A stretch of DNA of 64,000 bases from Steroidobacteraceae bacterium (GTDB lineage: Bacteria > Pseudomonadota > Gammaproteobacteria > Steroidobacterales > Steroidobacteraceae). A program made the translations under genes and the position numbers. Location of the stretch: contig DASZSV010000084.1 in assembly GCA_035548495.1 (NCBI GenBank), forward strand, positions 21,680-85,679, in the 5' to 3' direction. Shown in pieces: positions 10,174 through 20,273 of the stretch. Positions within the stretch are counted from its first letter, which is position 1. Each line of letters starts with the position of its first letter. Below the pieces are notes generated by a model. It ran no database searches, was not told the DNA's origin, and saw only the letters and a program-made list of their open reading frames with translations.

Positions 10174-11111
10174 ATTGCACCTGCGGCATCACGATCCTGT
10201 GAACGTTGCAAATACACAATCGGCAACACCAGCAGCAGCAACAAGGCAATCGCCACCGCACTGGCCACCGGCCACGCACGATTGTTGAAGAACTCGGTCC
10301 ACAGCACCTTGCCGATCATCAACGAATCCGGCGGACCCAGCAGCGAAGGAATCACATACTCGCCCACCGCCGGAATGAACACCAGCATGCAACCGGCACG
10401 AATGCCCGGCATGGACAAGGGCAGCGTGATGTTGATGAATGCACGCAACGGTCTGCATCCCAGATCAGCGGCTGCTTCAAGCAGCGTGAGATCCATTTTT
10501 TCCAGATTGGCATACAACGGCATGATCATGAACGGCAGGTACGAATACACAATGCCAAGATAAATCGCGAAATCGGTTTGCAGCATCACGATGGGCTCGT
10601 GAATCACGCCAAGCCACATCAGCACATTGTTGATCAGGCCATTGTCCTTGAGAATGCCGATCCATGCATACACACGCAGCAGGAATGAAGTCCAGAACGG
10701 CAGGATCACCAGCATCAACAACACCGAACGCAGCGTCGGCCGGGCGCGTGCAATCGAATAGGCGATGGGATAACCGATCAGTAACGTGAACAGCGTGGAG
10801 ATTGCCGCCACCTTGATCGAATAAAGCACGGCACGTGCATACAAACTGTCATGCCACAGGTACACAAAGTTGCCGAGATGAATGTGCAGGCGAATATCGG
10901 TCCAGCGATCACCCACCCACTGCACCAGCGGCTGATAGGGCGGTATCGAAATCTGTGTTTGCGAAAATGAAATTTTCAGCACGATCACAAACGGAATCAG
11001 GAAGAACAGCAGCAGCCACACATAGGGCAGCGCAATCACTGCATTGCGGCCGCGCAATCCCAGCCTGGCCAGCAGGGATTGAATGACATTGATGAAGGGC
11101 AGCTTGTTCAC
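10170..11111 (-). CDS. potH: putrescine/spermidine ABC transporter permease
   Basis: 313 aa polytopic; LLEAAADLGCRP loop; start codon at 11111 is GTG (no in-frame ATG nearby). Confidence 0.85.
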   Translation of the reverse strand: MNKLPFINVIQSLLARLGLRGRNAVIALPYVWLLLFFLIPFVIVLKISFSQTQISIPPYQPLVQWVGDRWTDIRLHIHLGNFVYLWHDSLYARAVLYSIKVAAISTLFTLLIGYPIAYSIARARPTLRSVLLMLVILPFWTSFLLRVYAWIGILKDNGLINNVLMWLGVIHEPIVMLQTDFAIYLGIVYSYLPFMIMPLYANLEKMDLTLLEAAADLGCRPLRAFINITLPLSMPGIRAGCMLVFIPAVGEYVIPSLLGPPDSLMIGKVLWTEFFNNRAWPVASAVAIALLLLLVLPIVYLQRSQDRDAAGAI

Positions 11112-11121
11112 GCGATTTGTC

Positions 11122-12276
11122 TCAACCCGTTACCACCACCGGACTGGCGCCACTCCACTGCAGATACACAGTTTGATTCCAGGTGATCGAATCATCATGA
11201 CGTGACACATTGGGACGCGTGACGCGCAACACCTTGCCCGATGCAATGCGCACCAGATAGATGGAACTGTCACCGAGATAAGCCACATCCTGGACCACAC
11301 CCTGCGTCCAGTTTTCCGCACCCGCCGGCTGCTCCAGTGTCATCTGTATTTTTTCCGGCCGCAGTGCCACCCACACTGAAGCATGCGGCGCGGCACTGAT
11401 GCCATGATCCACCAGCACGGAACGTTCCAGCTCATCACAGGCAACACGAATATGATCCGGTTCGTCTTCAATCAGGCGGCCTGCGAACAGATTGACCGAA
11501 CCGATAAACTCGGCAACAAATTTGGTATTGGGAAATTCGTAGATGTTTTTGGGTGTATCAATCTGCACGATACGGCCATGATCCATCACGCCAATGCGTG
11601 TTGACAGTGTCATGGCCTCTTCCTGATCGTGCGTCACCACCACAAAGGTCACACCCAGCTGTTCCTGAATGTTCACCAGCTCGAATTGCGTATGTTCACG
11701 CAGCTTCTTGTCGAGCGCGCCCAGCGGTTCATCCAGCAGCAGCAACTTCGGTTGCTTGATCAATGAGCGCGCCAGCGCCACTCGCTGACGCTGGCCACCC
11801 GACAATTGATGCGGCTTGCGTTTTGCAAACTGTTCCAGCTTCACCAGCTTGAGCATGGCCGCCACGCGATCGGCGATTTCATCCCTGGCGCGATGTTCCA
11901 TCTTCAGGCCAAATGCAACGTTCTGTTCCACTGTCATGTGTGGAAACAAGGCATATGACTGAAACATCATGTTTACCGGCCGTTCGTACGGCGGAATGCC
12001 GCTCATGTCCACACCGTCGATGAATATCTTTCCCGATGTGGGCTGTTCAAATCCCGCCAGCATACGCAGCAAGGTGGTCTTGCCGCATCCGGAACCGCCC
12101 AGCAGACAGAACAATTCACCGCGATAAATGTTCAGCGACACATTATCGACCGCTACAAACTTGTCGAAATGCTTGCTGACACCTTCGATGCGTACGTAGG
12201 GAACGGCTGCGGGGTCTTCCCAGAGATTCAATTTTTGATTGGGATTGGATGCGGGTTGTATTGAAGAAGATGTCAT
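11122..12276 (-). CDS. potG: putrescine/spermidine ABC transporter ATP-binding protein
   Basis: Walker A GGSGCGKTT, signature LSGGQRQR, Walker B LLLLDEP, C-terminal TOBE-like domain. Confidence 0.9.
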   Translation of the reverse strand: MTSSSIQPASNPNQKLNLWEDPAAVPYVRIEGVSKHFDKFVAVDNVSLNIYRGELFCLLGGSGCGKTTLLRMLAGFEQPTSGKIFIDGVDMSGIPPYERPVNMMFQSYALFPHMTVEQNVAFGLKMEHRARDEIADRVAAMLKLVKLEQFAKRKPHQLSGGQRQRVALARSLIKQPKLLLLDEPLGALDKKLREHTQFELVNIQEQLGVTFVVVTHDQEEAMTLSTRIGVMDHGRIVQIDTPKNIYEFPNTKFVAEFIGSVNLFAGRLIEDEPDHIRVACDELERSVLVDHGISAAPHASVWVALRPEKIQMTLEQPAGAENWTQGVVQDVAYLGDSSIYLVRIASGKVLRVTRPNVSRHDDSITWNQTVYLQWSGASPVVVTG

Positions 12277-12301
12277 GAATGACTGCTGCTAATGGGACAA
12301 C

Positions 12302-12385
12302 GTAGGTTGGGCTGAGTCTGCGAAGCCCAACAATTAATTCATCATCATTACAAAAGTTAGGCTTCGCAGACTCAGCCCAACCTGC
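12302..12385. repeat. REP pair (family 2): inverted copies of GTAGGTTGGGCTGAGTCTGCGAAGCCCAAC
   Basis: Arms 12302-12331 and 12356-12385; near-identical pair at 47303-47382. Confidence 0.85.
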
Positions 12386-12400
12386 AACCTGCGTCGAAAC

Positions 12401-13492
12401 CTAATGCCCCGTCTGGAAGCGGGTCCACATGCGCGTCAACGTGCGCTCATACTCGTCACTGGTGGGCAGTTCCGGTGACAATCGTTTGCGCACTTCCGCC
12501 GTGGGAAACACGTTGAGATCGCTCTTCACTTCGGGCTTGATAAGTTTTTCCGACGCCAGATTGGCGTTGGGATAGTGCACGTAATTGGAAATGGCCGCAG
12601 TCACTTCGGGTTGCATGATGTAATCCATGAACAGCAGGGCATTCTTCACATGCTTGGCATCGGCGGGAATGGCCATCATGTCAAAGGAAATCACACTGCC
12701 TTCCTTGGGCAGCGAATAGGCCACATTGATGCCCTTGCCTGCTTCTCTTGCACGATCATGCGATTGCATGACATCCCCGCTGTAACCAACAGCGACGCAG
12801 ATATCGCCGTTGGCCAGATCTTCAATGTACTGCGATGAATTGATCTTGCGAATGTAGGGACGCACTTTGCTCAACGTGTCTTCCACCAGCTTCAGATCAT
12901 CCGGGCTTTCGCTGTTGGGATTCTTGCCAAGATAGATCAGCACCAGTGAACGCATCTCCGCCGGCGCATCGAGAAAGGAAATGCCGCAGTCCTTGAATCT
13001 GGCGGCATACTCCGGATCAAACACCAGCTTCCAGCTATCGAGCGGCGCATCGGGCAGGATGGCTTTGACTTTATCAACGTTGTAACCAATACCATCGGTG
13101 CTCCACATGTACGGCACCGCATGTTCATTGCCGGGATCATACGCAGCCACGGTCTTCATGATGTCCGGATCAAGATTGCCAAGATTGTGCAGTTGTGTTT
13201 TGTCCAGCTTGAGAAACACACCGGCTTTGATCTGCCGCGCCATGAATTGTGCCGACGGCACCACAATGTCATAGCCGGTATCGCCGGCCAGCAACTTGGT
13301 TTGCACCACTTCGTTGGAATCGAAGACGTCGTAATTGACCTTGATGCCGTACCTGGTTTCGAAGTTCTTTATGGTATCGGGCGCAATGTAATCGGACCAG
13401 TTGTACACATTCAATACATTGTCATTCTGCTTGCCGCAGGCAGCCAGCAACATTGCCAGCACCAGAACAGAACATTTAACACCACGCGCCAT
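12401..13492 (-). CDS. potF: putrescine-binding periplasmic lipoprotein (PotF/PotD family)
   Basis: Start moved to MARGVKCSVLVLAMLLAACGK (canonical lipobox LAAC; ATG 13492 verified); SBP family 1 polyamine type; heads potFGHI-order operon. Confidence 0.85.
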   Translation of the reverse strand: MARGVKCSVLVLAMLLAACGKQNDNVLNVYNWSDYIAPDTIKNFETRYGIKVNYDVFDSNEVVQTKLLAGDTGYDIVVPSAQFMARQIKAGVFLKLDKTQLHNLGNLDPDIMKTVAAYDPGNEHAVPYMWSTDGIGYNVDKVKAILPDAPLDSWKLVFDPEYAARFKDCGISFLDAPAEMRSLVLIYLGKNPNSESPDDLKLVEDTLSKVRPYIRKINSSQYIEDLANGDICVAVGYSGDVMQSHDRAREAGKGINVAYSLPKEGSVISFDMMAIPADAKHVKNALLFMDYIMQPEVTAAISNYVHYPNANLASEKLIKPEVKSDLNVFPTAEVRKRLSPELPTSDEYERTLTRMWTRFQTGH

Positions 13493-13602
13493 GTTCGCAC
13501 CACTCCACCCGCACCGGGGAAAACAGGCGCGAAGATTAGCGTAGCGTGACCGGCAGGCCAAGGGGAATTGCGATGCCACCCGGATTTTTCAAACGAATGC
13601 CG

Positions 13603-14382
13603 CTATGCACCCGGCAGAGAAAAGTTGAATGTGGCGCCCTGACCGGCGGACGGGGCCAGCCATATCGCACCGCCATGTACTTCCACGATGTAGCGCACGA
13701 TGGCCAGACCCATGCCACTGCCTTCAACACCAGCGGCATTGGCCAGCCGCGTCATGGGCTTGAAGATGTCGTGCGCCGTGTCCGTTGCGAGTCCGATGCC
13801 ATTGTCACGCACAAAGTAATGCCCGTGATGACTGACCATGCCGAATTCAATGAGCGCCTGGGCGTCATTCTGTTGCGTGAACTTCCAGGCATTGCCCAGC
13901 AGGTTCTGCAGCATCTCGCGCAGCAATACCGCATCGCCACGGACCTGCAATCCTGCCGCTATCTGCGTCATCACCTTGCGTGATGGTTCGGCAATGCGCA
14001 GTTCGTTGATGATGGATTGCGCCAGCGCGCTCAGATCGACACATTCATCCTGCAATGGACTGCCGCCGCCCCGGACAAGCGACTGCCACTTGCTGATGAT
14101 GCTGTGCATGCGTTGTATGCCCGCACGAATCTCGCGCAGATCATGCGCTGCTGCTTCAGGCAATGATTCGCCAAGATCTTCAATCAACGCCGAACTGAAT
14201 CCGTCGATGGCGCGCAGCGGCGCACGCAGATCATGCGACAGGGCATACGCCATCATTTCCATGTTGCCGCTGATCGAGCGTCGTTGGTGATCGTCATCAT
14301 CAAGATCAATGGGTATGTCGCGTTTTCCGGAAAACATGGTGATTCCACAAGAATGAATGTCGGGTTGAATTTCGATGCACAT
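13603..14382 (-). CDS. cytoplasmic histidine kinase without recognisable sensor or TM domain
   Basis: H-box SHDLRAPLRAI, N-box LLGNAWKF, G-boxes DNGIG / GSGMGLAIV; ATG 14382 overlaps upstream stop (TGATG). Confidence 0.8.
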   Translation of the reverse strand: MCIEIQPDIHSCGITMFSGKRDIPIDLDDDDHQRRSISGNMEMMAYALSHDLRAPLRAIDGFSSALIEDLGESLPEAAAHDLREIRAGIQRMHSIISKWQSLVRGGGSPLQDECVDLSALAQSIINELRIAEPSRKVMTQIAAGLQVRGDAVLLREMLQNLLGNAWKFTQQNDAQALIEFGMVSHHGHYFVRDNGIGLATDTAHDIFKPMTRLANAAGVEGSGMGLAIVRYIVEVHGGAIWLAPSAGQGATFNFSLPGA

Positions 14383-14747
14383 CACTCATCTCCAAGCTGG
14401 GTAGAGAGCAGCCGAAAAAAATGTTGCAGCGGTTCAAGGTTGTCCTTGATGACATAGGTATCCGCACCTGCCTGTCGCGCCCGCGCACGCAACGCATCGT
14501 TGTCAAACTGCGTCACTACCGCGATGTGTGCCGATGGATGCAGCAGGCGCAGATGGTGAATGCAGGTCAGTCCATCCATGCCGGGCATGCGCAAATCCAC
14601 GGTGATGCAATCGGGCGCATAACGTTTGCACAGCTCAATCGCTTCTTCACCACTGACACATTCGTGAATCATGGTGGCCATGCTGGCCGCAAGGTCGCGG
14701 ATCATGGCGCGCAATCCCGAGTGATCATCAATAATCAGAAAATTCAT
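14382..14747 (-). CDS. stand-alone response-regulator receiver (CheY-like)
   Basis: Start moved to MNFLIIDDH (ATG 14747); phospho-acceptor context ITVDLRMPGMDG; no output domain. Confidence 0.8.
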   Translation of the reverse strand: MNFLIIDDHSGLRAMIRDLAASMATMIHECVSGEEAIELCKRYAPDCITVDLRMPGMDGLTCIHHLRLLHPSAHIAVVTQFDNDALRARARQAGADTYVIKDNLEPLQHFFRLLSTQLGDE

Positions 14748-15107
14748 TTCGATACCCAAGTTGCATTTTTCAGCGCAGGGACAGATAAAGGCAGTGAGCA
14801 ACTTGATTGATGCGTTATTTCCCAGATCGCGGCGAACCTCCTTGGGACTCCGTCAGAAGCATCCTGCTTTTGATGCTCCGGAAGATAACTCATCAATCAA
14901 GCCACTCGGGCCAAGCTGCGAGTCAGCGCGAGAAATGCGCACTAAATAGCAGGTTGGCACACAGTATCGTTATCGCTACCTCAATAATGAATAGCCGCAG
15001 ATACTGAAATCAGTTGCGTGACACACGGGAGTTTTCTACGTGGGGCTACGTAGGGGTTCCGCCACATTGAATGACAGAAGTTTTTGAGAGCGCAGGAAAG
15101 AGAATCA

Positions 15108-15782
15108 TCAGCGCAAGGTGCTCAATGCATCGCGATGTTCAATGGCGAATTGCAACAGGCTGTTGCTGCCTTTCAGTTCCAGCTTGTTGCAGATGTTGGC
15201 GCGATGGGTTTCGACAGTGCGCGGACTGACATGCAGTTCACCGGCAATTTGCTTGGTGCTCTTCTTTTCGGCAATGCGTTTGAGTATGCGCCGTTCCGCG
15301 GTAGTCAAATCTTCCAGTCCCGGCGTGCGAGAGGCCAGCGCCACTGTTTTACTGTGCCGCTTGAGAAGAAAGCCGGACAACGCCGGGCTGACGTAAGGAA
15401 CGTTGGCGGCCACGGACACAAGGCAATTGATGATTTCCACCTCGGCACTGTCTTTCAGCAGGTAACCCTGCACCCCGAGATTCATTGCATGATTGAATGC
15501 CGCTTCATCCTGCAACATGGTGAGAAATACCAGGCGCGTGTTGCTGCCCGCAGCACGCAACTGTGCTGCCATTTCCAGTCCCGTTGCGCCCGGCAGATTG
15601 ATGTCCAGCACCGCAAGATCGGGTTGCAGTTTCAGAATGTCGTTGATTGCCGCACGGCCATCTGCTGCTTCACCCGTAAATTCAAACCGCGCATCATTCT
15701 CGATCGCCTGGCGCAATCCCTGACGGAACAGGGGATGATCATCGACAACAAAGATGCGAATCATTGGAGTTGTCTGTGTCAT
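15108..15782 (-). CDS. NarL/LuxR-family response regulator (REC + HTH_LuxR)
   Basis: MIRIFVVDDHPLFRQG, DLAVLDINLPG, C-terminal LTTAERRILKRIAEKKSTKQIAGELHVSPRTVETHR; ATG 15782 has GGGAA SD. Confidence 0.85.
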   Translation of the reverse strand: MTQTTPMIRIFVVDDHPLFRQGLRQAIENDARFEFTGEAADGRAAINDILKLQPDLAVLDINLPGATGLEMAAQLRAAGSNTRLVFLTMLQDEAAFNHAMNLGVQGYLLKDSAEVEIINCLVSVAANVPYVSPALSGFLLKRHSKTVALASRTPGLEDLTTAERRILKRIAEKKSTKQIAGELHVSPRTVETHRANICNKLELKGSNSLLQFAIEHRDALSTLR

Positions 15783-15822
15783 CGTGCCATTCCCGCCTGT
15801 GTAATCAACCCGTTCTTGTGTT

Positions 15823-17907
15823 TCAACTGATTGCATCTGCGGCATGCTTCACATCTACCACCGGAATTTCAACCTCGATGCGCGTGCCATGACCCGGCGC
15901 GCTCTCCAGTCGCCATGCAGCCTTCATCATGCGGCACCGTTCCGCCATGCTGGACAGACCCAGTCCGTCATGACGTCTTATTGACGTATCAAAACCACTG
16001 CCATTGTCGATAATGACCAGCCGCACACAATCAATGTCACGTTCCAGCACCACCTTGCACATGGTTGCGTGCGAATGCCGGATGACATTGTTCAACGCTT
16101 CCTGAACAATGCGATAAAGATGTGTGGCGGTATCATCGTGAATGACATCGTCAACATTCTCCAGATGCTTGTCGATGCGCAAGACACCGGCCTCACCGGT
16201 CTTGCACAACAGCGAATCCAGTGAACTCGTCAATCCCAGTTCCTTGATGTGCAACGGCAACAGCGTGTGCGCCACCGTTCGTACTTCGCTGATGACCTCC
16301 GATGTCAGTTGGTCCAGAGATGCCGCATGGCGCGCGGCCTGCGGTGACAGATCCGGTTGCTGCAACAACATCAGTGCGCGATTCTTGATCAGTGAAAGAT
16401 TCTGTCCCACGCTGTCATGCAGTTCATTGGCCAGTCGCAAACGTTCCTGCTCCTGTGCCTGCAACAGATGTTGCGCAAATTCTTCGCGGGCCTGCAATTC
16501 AGTTTGCTGTGCAGCCTCAAGCGCCTGTTCTGCCAGCTTGCGATCATGAATGTCACTGATCGAACCTGCCATGCGGAATGCGTTGCCGTGTTCATCCAGC
16601 AATGCCTTGCCGCGTGCACGAAACCACCGGTATTCACCGCTGCGAACCCGCAGCCGGAATTCGACATCATAGGGATCACCATGCAGCAATTGCCGCTGCA
16701 ACGCCAGTTCGGTGGCACGCACATCATCAGGATGAATGCGCTGCCAGAAAGTCGCTGGTGCCGGTGCAAATTCATCGTCGTCGCCGTACCCCAGCAGTTC
16801 CTTGTAACGTGATGAGTAATACACCCGGTTCTCCGGTATCTCCCATTCCCAGATTCCATCATTGGTACCCTGCACCGCCAGTTGAAAGCGCTGTTCGCTG
16901 CGCGCAATGGCATAAAAGCGCCGTTGCAATACCACGTATAAAACCGTTGTCAGCGCAATGAAGGCAATGGACGCAATGGCAAACAGCCATAATGAAGCCT
17001 GTGTGCGTGCGCGCCATGCATTCAATGAGTCTTCAACATTGCGGCCGGCGACCGCGACCAGCGGATAACCTTCAATTCGCCGCGCCGCATACTGCCGCAG
17101 TTTGCCGGTAAAGGGATCCGGCGCCTGCAACGTGGTCAGTGTCCGGTGTGGCAAGGCATCGTAACGTTTATGTGCTTCCACGTTACGCACATCCATGCCT
17201 GCAACACGTCGTGCAGGTATGACTGGAATGCGATCAATCAACCAGCCGTCATCGGTGACCAGTGACACACTGCTGTTTTCCACCGGCAAACTGCGATACA
17301 TCGCATCCAGTGTCGTGACACTGAACAAGGCGCCAGCCCATGTCGTTTCACCATTGAGATCGCTTACACGCCGTGCAATGGGAATCAGTACATTCATGTC
17401 ACCGGCCGGCGTGTTCAACGGCCTGCCCACCCAGCTGCGGCCGGTTGTCGTCAGCAATGCGGTGATCCATGCCGGCCGTGCCGATATGGCCGATCCATCA
17501 CGATGCACAGCAATGTATGTCGAAGGTGTCGCGATGAACAGGGTATTCACATACTCACCACCGGTCAGCATGCGCAACAGCACGGCGGATGAGTCCTTCA
17601 CTGTCAGTGCATGTCCGGCATTCAATGCCTGAATCTCATTGACACCGGCAGCCGCCGCACCAACACCATCATTGATCATCGCTTCAACGTGTTTTGCCAG
17701 CGCCGTGGCCGTCATGGTCAGTTGATCGCTTGACGCCTGCAATGCCAGTTCGCGATCATTGCTTATTTGCCGGATGGCAAATCCCCATCCCAGCGCCAGC
17801 ACTACTGCGGCATAACCCAGCAGGCCAATTTTCAGCAAGCGGGACTTGCGTGTAGCCGCACCCGTTGTCTCTGTTGCAACACCAGACTGCCCGCTGCCTT
17901 TGTTCAC
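15823..17907 (-). CDS. NarX/DegS-type sensor histidine kinase (two TM flanking a ~260-aa periplasmic Cache-like domain, PAS, HisKA_3, HATPase_c)
   Basis: HisKA_3 box ELHDSVGQNLS; PAS with WEWEIPENRVYYS; G-box DNGSGF; start codon 17907 is GTG. Confidence 0.85.
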   Translation of the reverse strand: MNKGSGQSGVATETTGAATRKSRLLKIGLLGYAAVVLALGWGFAIRQISNDRELALQASSDQLTMTATALAKHVEAMINDGVGAAAAGVNEIQALNAGHALTVKDSSAVLLRMLTGGEYVNTLFIATPSTYIAVHRDGSAISARPAWITALLTTTGRSWVGRPLNTPAGDMNVLIPIARRVSDLNGETTWAGALFSVTTLDAMYRSLPVENSSVSLVTDDGWLIDRIPVIPARRVAGMDVRNVEAHKRYDALPHRTLTTLQAPDPFTGKLRQYAARRIEGYPLVAVAGRNVEDSLNAWRARTQASLWLFAIASIAFIALTTVLYVVLQRRFYAIARSEQRFQLAVQGTNDGIWEWEIPENRVYYSSRYKELLGYGDDDEFAPAPATFWQRIHPDDVRATELALQRQLLHGDPYDVEFRLRVRSGEYRWFRARGKALLDEHGNAFRMAGSISDIHDRKLAEQALEAAQQTELQAREEFAQHLLQAQEQERLRLANELHDSVGQNLSLIKNRALMLLQQPDLSPQAARHAASLDQLTSEVISEVRTVAHTLLPLHIKELGLTSSLDSLLCKTGEAGVLRIDKHLENVDDVIHDDTATHLYRIVQEALNNVIRHSHATMCKVVLERDIDCVRLVIIDNGSGFDTSIRRHDGLGLSSMAERCRMMKAAWRLESAPGHGTRIEVEIPVVDVKHAADAIS

Positions 17908-17972
17908 GCGCGCCCTTGATGCAAAGTTTCATGCTGCCGCAAAGAGGACAACATGACGATGGTTGTAATAAT

Positions 17973-19307
17973 CTATACGTTCAACAACAAATGCTCGCGT
18001 TCCCATGAACTGATTACTTTAAGGAACGTTTCATATTCGCTTTCTTTCACCGCAGTGTACGCCAGCACAAAGCGCTCACCAAGCAGATCAATCAATGGTT
18101 CGCATTCGCGCAGTAAACGCAATGAATCCTCCAGGCTGCGCGGCAGCGAAAACGCCAGGTCATATGCGCTGCCGGTCAGCGGCTCGGTGGGCTTCAAACC
18201 TTCCTTCATACCAAGATACCCGCAGGCCAGTGATGCTGCTATGGCAAGATAGCCGTTGGCATCCGCGCCGCCGACACGATTTTCGACACGGCGTGCTTCC
18301 GGCCCCGACATGGGCACACGCAGACCGGCAGTGCGATTGTCGTAACCCCACAATGTATTGATCGGTGCAGCGAGATGCCGGGTGATGCGCCGGTACGAAT
18401 TGACATTGGGTGCAAAAATGGACATCGCTGCAGGCAGGTATTTTTGCAGACCGGCGATGTGTGCAAAGAACAGCGACGAAGGATTGCCATTGGCATCACT
18501 GAAAATGTTTCTGCCGGTCTTGATATCCACGATGCTTTGATGGATATGCATGGCGCTGCCAGGTTCACGTGCATGCGGTTTGGCCATGAAGGTGGCATAC
18601 ATCTTGTGACGCATCGCCGCTTCGCGCGCAGTGCGCTTGAACAGAAACACCTGATCCGCAAGCGACAGTGCGTCGCCATGCAGCAGATTGATTTCCATCT
18701 GTGCCGCGCCATCTTCGTGAATCAATGTATCAATCTCGATACCCTGCGCTTCGCAGAAGGCATAAATGTCATCAAACAAGGGATCGAATTCATTCACTGC
18801 GGCAATTGAATAGGATTGACGCCCGATTTCCGGACGGCCGGAACGTCCCACCGGCGGCTTCAATGGATAATCGGCATCAATGTTGGGTTCAACAAGATAG
18901 AACTCCAGTTCCGGCGCCACCACCGGACGCCAGCCACTCTGTTCATACAGACTCAGCACCGCCTGCAATACATAGCGCGGCGCCATCGTAACCGGCCTGC
19001 CGTCAGAATAAAAAGCATCATGAATGACCTGCGCCGTCGGTTCTGCGGCCCAGGGAACCACGTGTACCGCACGCGGATCACCCTTGAGCACAATGTCGAT
19101 TTCTGCAGGATTGATGGCACGTTCATCAGAAGGATATTCACCCGTCACTGTTTGCAGAAACACACTCTCCGGCAGGCGCATACCTTCTTCCTCGGCAAAC
19201 TTTTCCGCAGGCATGATCTTGCCGCGTGCCACACCGGCCATGTCGGGCATCAATGCTTCCACTTCGGAAATGCCATGTTCTTTGAAAAACTGTTGCAGCT
19301 TGCTCAT
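17973..19307 (-). CDS. puuA: glutamine synthetase-family gamma-glutamylpolyamine (putrescine) synthetase
   Basis: Start moved to MSKLQQFFKEHGI (ATG 19307); GS catalytic-domain motifs MAKPHAREPGSAMHIHQS, NSYRR, DNRTAGLRVP; context with puuD/puuB/potFGHI. Confidence 0.8.
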   Translation of the reverse strand: MSKLQQFFKEHGISEVEALMPDMAGVARGKIMPAEKFAEEEGMRLPESVFLQTVTGEYPSDERAINPAEIDIVLKGDPRAVHVVPWAAEPTAQVIHDAFYSDGRPVTMAPRYVLQAVLSLYEQSGWRPVVAPELEFYLVEPNIDADYPLKPPVGRSGRPEIGRQSYSIAAVNEFDPLFDDIYAFCEAQGIEIDTLIHEDGAAQMEINLLHGDALSLADQVFLFKRTAREAAMRHKMYATFMAKPHAREPGSAMHIHQSIVDIKTGRNIFSDANGNPSSLFFAHIAGLQKYLPAAMSIFAPNVNSYRRITRHLAAPINTLWGYDNRTAGLRVPMSGPEARRVENRVGGADANGYLAIAASLACGYLGMKEGLKPTEPLTGSAYDLAFSLPRSLEDSLRLLRECEPLIDLLGERFVLAYTAVKESEYETFLKVISSWEREHLLLNV

Positions 19308-19335
19308 GATGTTCTCTTGTTCATCTTGTTGATGT

Positions 19336-20097
19336 TTACACTTGACCGGCATTGGCGTGCGCGTATGCCGCCTTGCCAAACTCGGCAAACAACGCACGTG
19401 AAAAATCATTGCTTGTCATCTTCCATTCCGGATGCCATTGCACGCCAACGGCCAGGCTTTTTGCACCGCGCACGCTGAATGCTTCCACCAGGCCATCCGG
19501 CGAGGTTGCTTCAACATCCAGCGGCGTCGCCAGTGTGCGCACACCTTGCCAGTGCAATGAATTCACCATGATCTGATCCGCGTTTGCAATGCGATGCAGA
19601 ACGCCGTCCTTGCGCAGGGTCACCGGATGCGATGGTCCATATTGCACATCGAGTTCGGCGCTTTCATCTTCACGATGATCATTGAATCCCGGCACTTCAT
19701 GCACTTTGGGCCATAAAGTTCCACCATATGCCACATTCATTTCCTGAAAGCCGCGGCAGATCGCCAGCAATGGCATGCCGGCCGCCACGATCCTGGGTAT
19801 CAATGGCAACGTGGTGGCGTCGCGCTGCGGATCGTGCGGTGTACCGGGCGGACTGGGATCGCCGCCATAGTGATGCGGCTCAACATGCGATGGACTGCCC
19901 GGCAACACAATGCCATCCAGTCTCGCCACCAGTGCATCAAGTTGCTCACCGGAACCCAGCGACGGAATCAGTACGGGCACCACGTTCGCGCCTTCAATCA
20001 ATGCCCTGATGTATTTTTCACCTACGCAATGAAAATGATGATGACCCAGCAATTTCCGGTCAGCTGGAATACCTACCAATGGCTTGTGCTGCAACAT
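19336..20097 (-). CDS. puuD: gamma-glutamyl-gamma-aminobutyrate hydrolase (peptidase C26, class I amidotransferase)
   Basis: Nucleophile elbow LLAICRGFQEMN, HWQG and VQWHPE motifs. Confidence 0.8.
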   Translation of the reverse strand: MLQHKPLVGIPADRKLLGHHHFHCVGEKYIRALIEGANVVPVLIPSLGSGEQLDALVARLDGIVLPGSPSHVEPHHYGGDPSPPGTPHDPQRDATTLPLIPRIVAAGMPLLAICRGFQEMNVAYGGTLWPKVHEVPGFNDHREDESAELDVQYGPSHPVTLRKDGVLHRIANADQIMVNSLHWQGVRTLATPLDVEATSPDGLVEAFSVRGAKSLAVGVQWHPEWKMTSNDFSRALFAEFGKAAYAHANAGQV

Positions 20098-20273
20098 ACG
20101 GGATCAAAAGGGAGTTCCTAATACGCCCATTTAACCACAACGTCATCACAAAACGAGCGGGTTTATCCTTAAAAGACAGCTATTTTTCCGCACTATTGCA
20201 TTGCCTGCCGCTGCCGCATCACAATTGCATATTTGTGGTGCCTCAAAAACCACAGCCCTTTATACTTGCATGC

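Noticed and set aside
13564-13578. TGGCAT-N5-TTCC upstream of potF resembling a sigma-54 promoter
   Set aside because: The GG-N10-GC core is not satisfied (CC replaces GC at -12), and no bEBP gene is adjacent.
15084-15830. 248-aa plus-strand ORF opposite the NarL-type response regulator
   Set aside because: Shadow ORF. The minus frame has clear REC and HTH_LuxR motifs.
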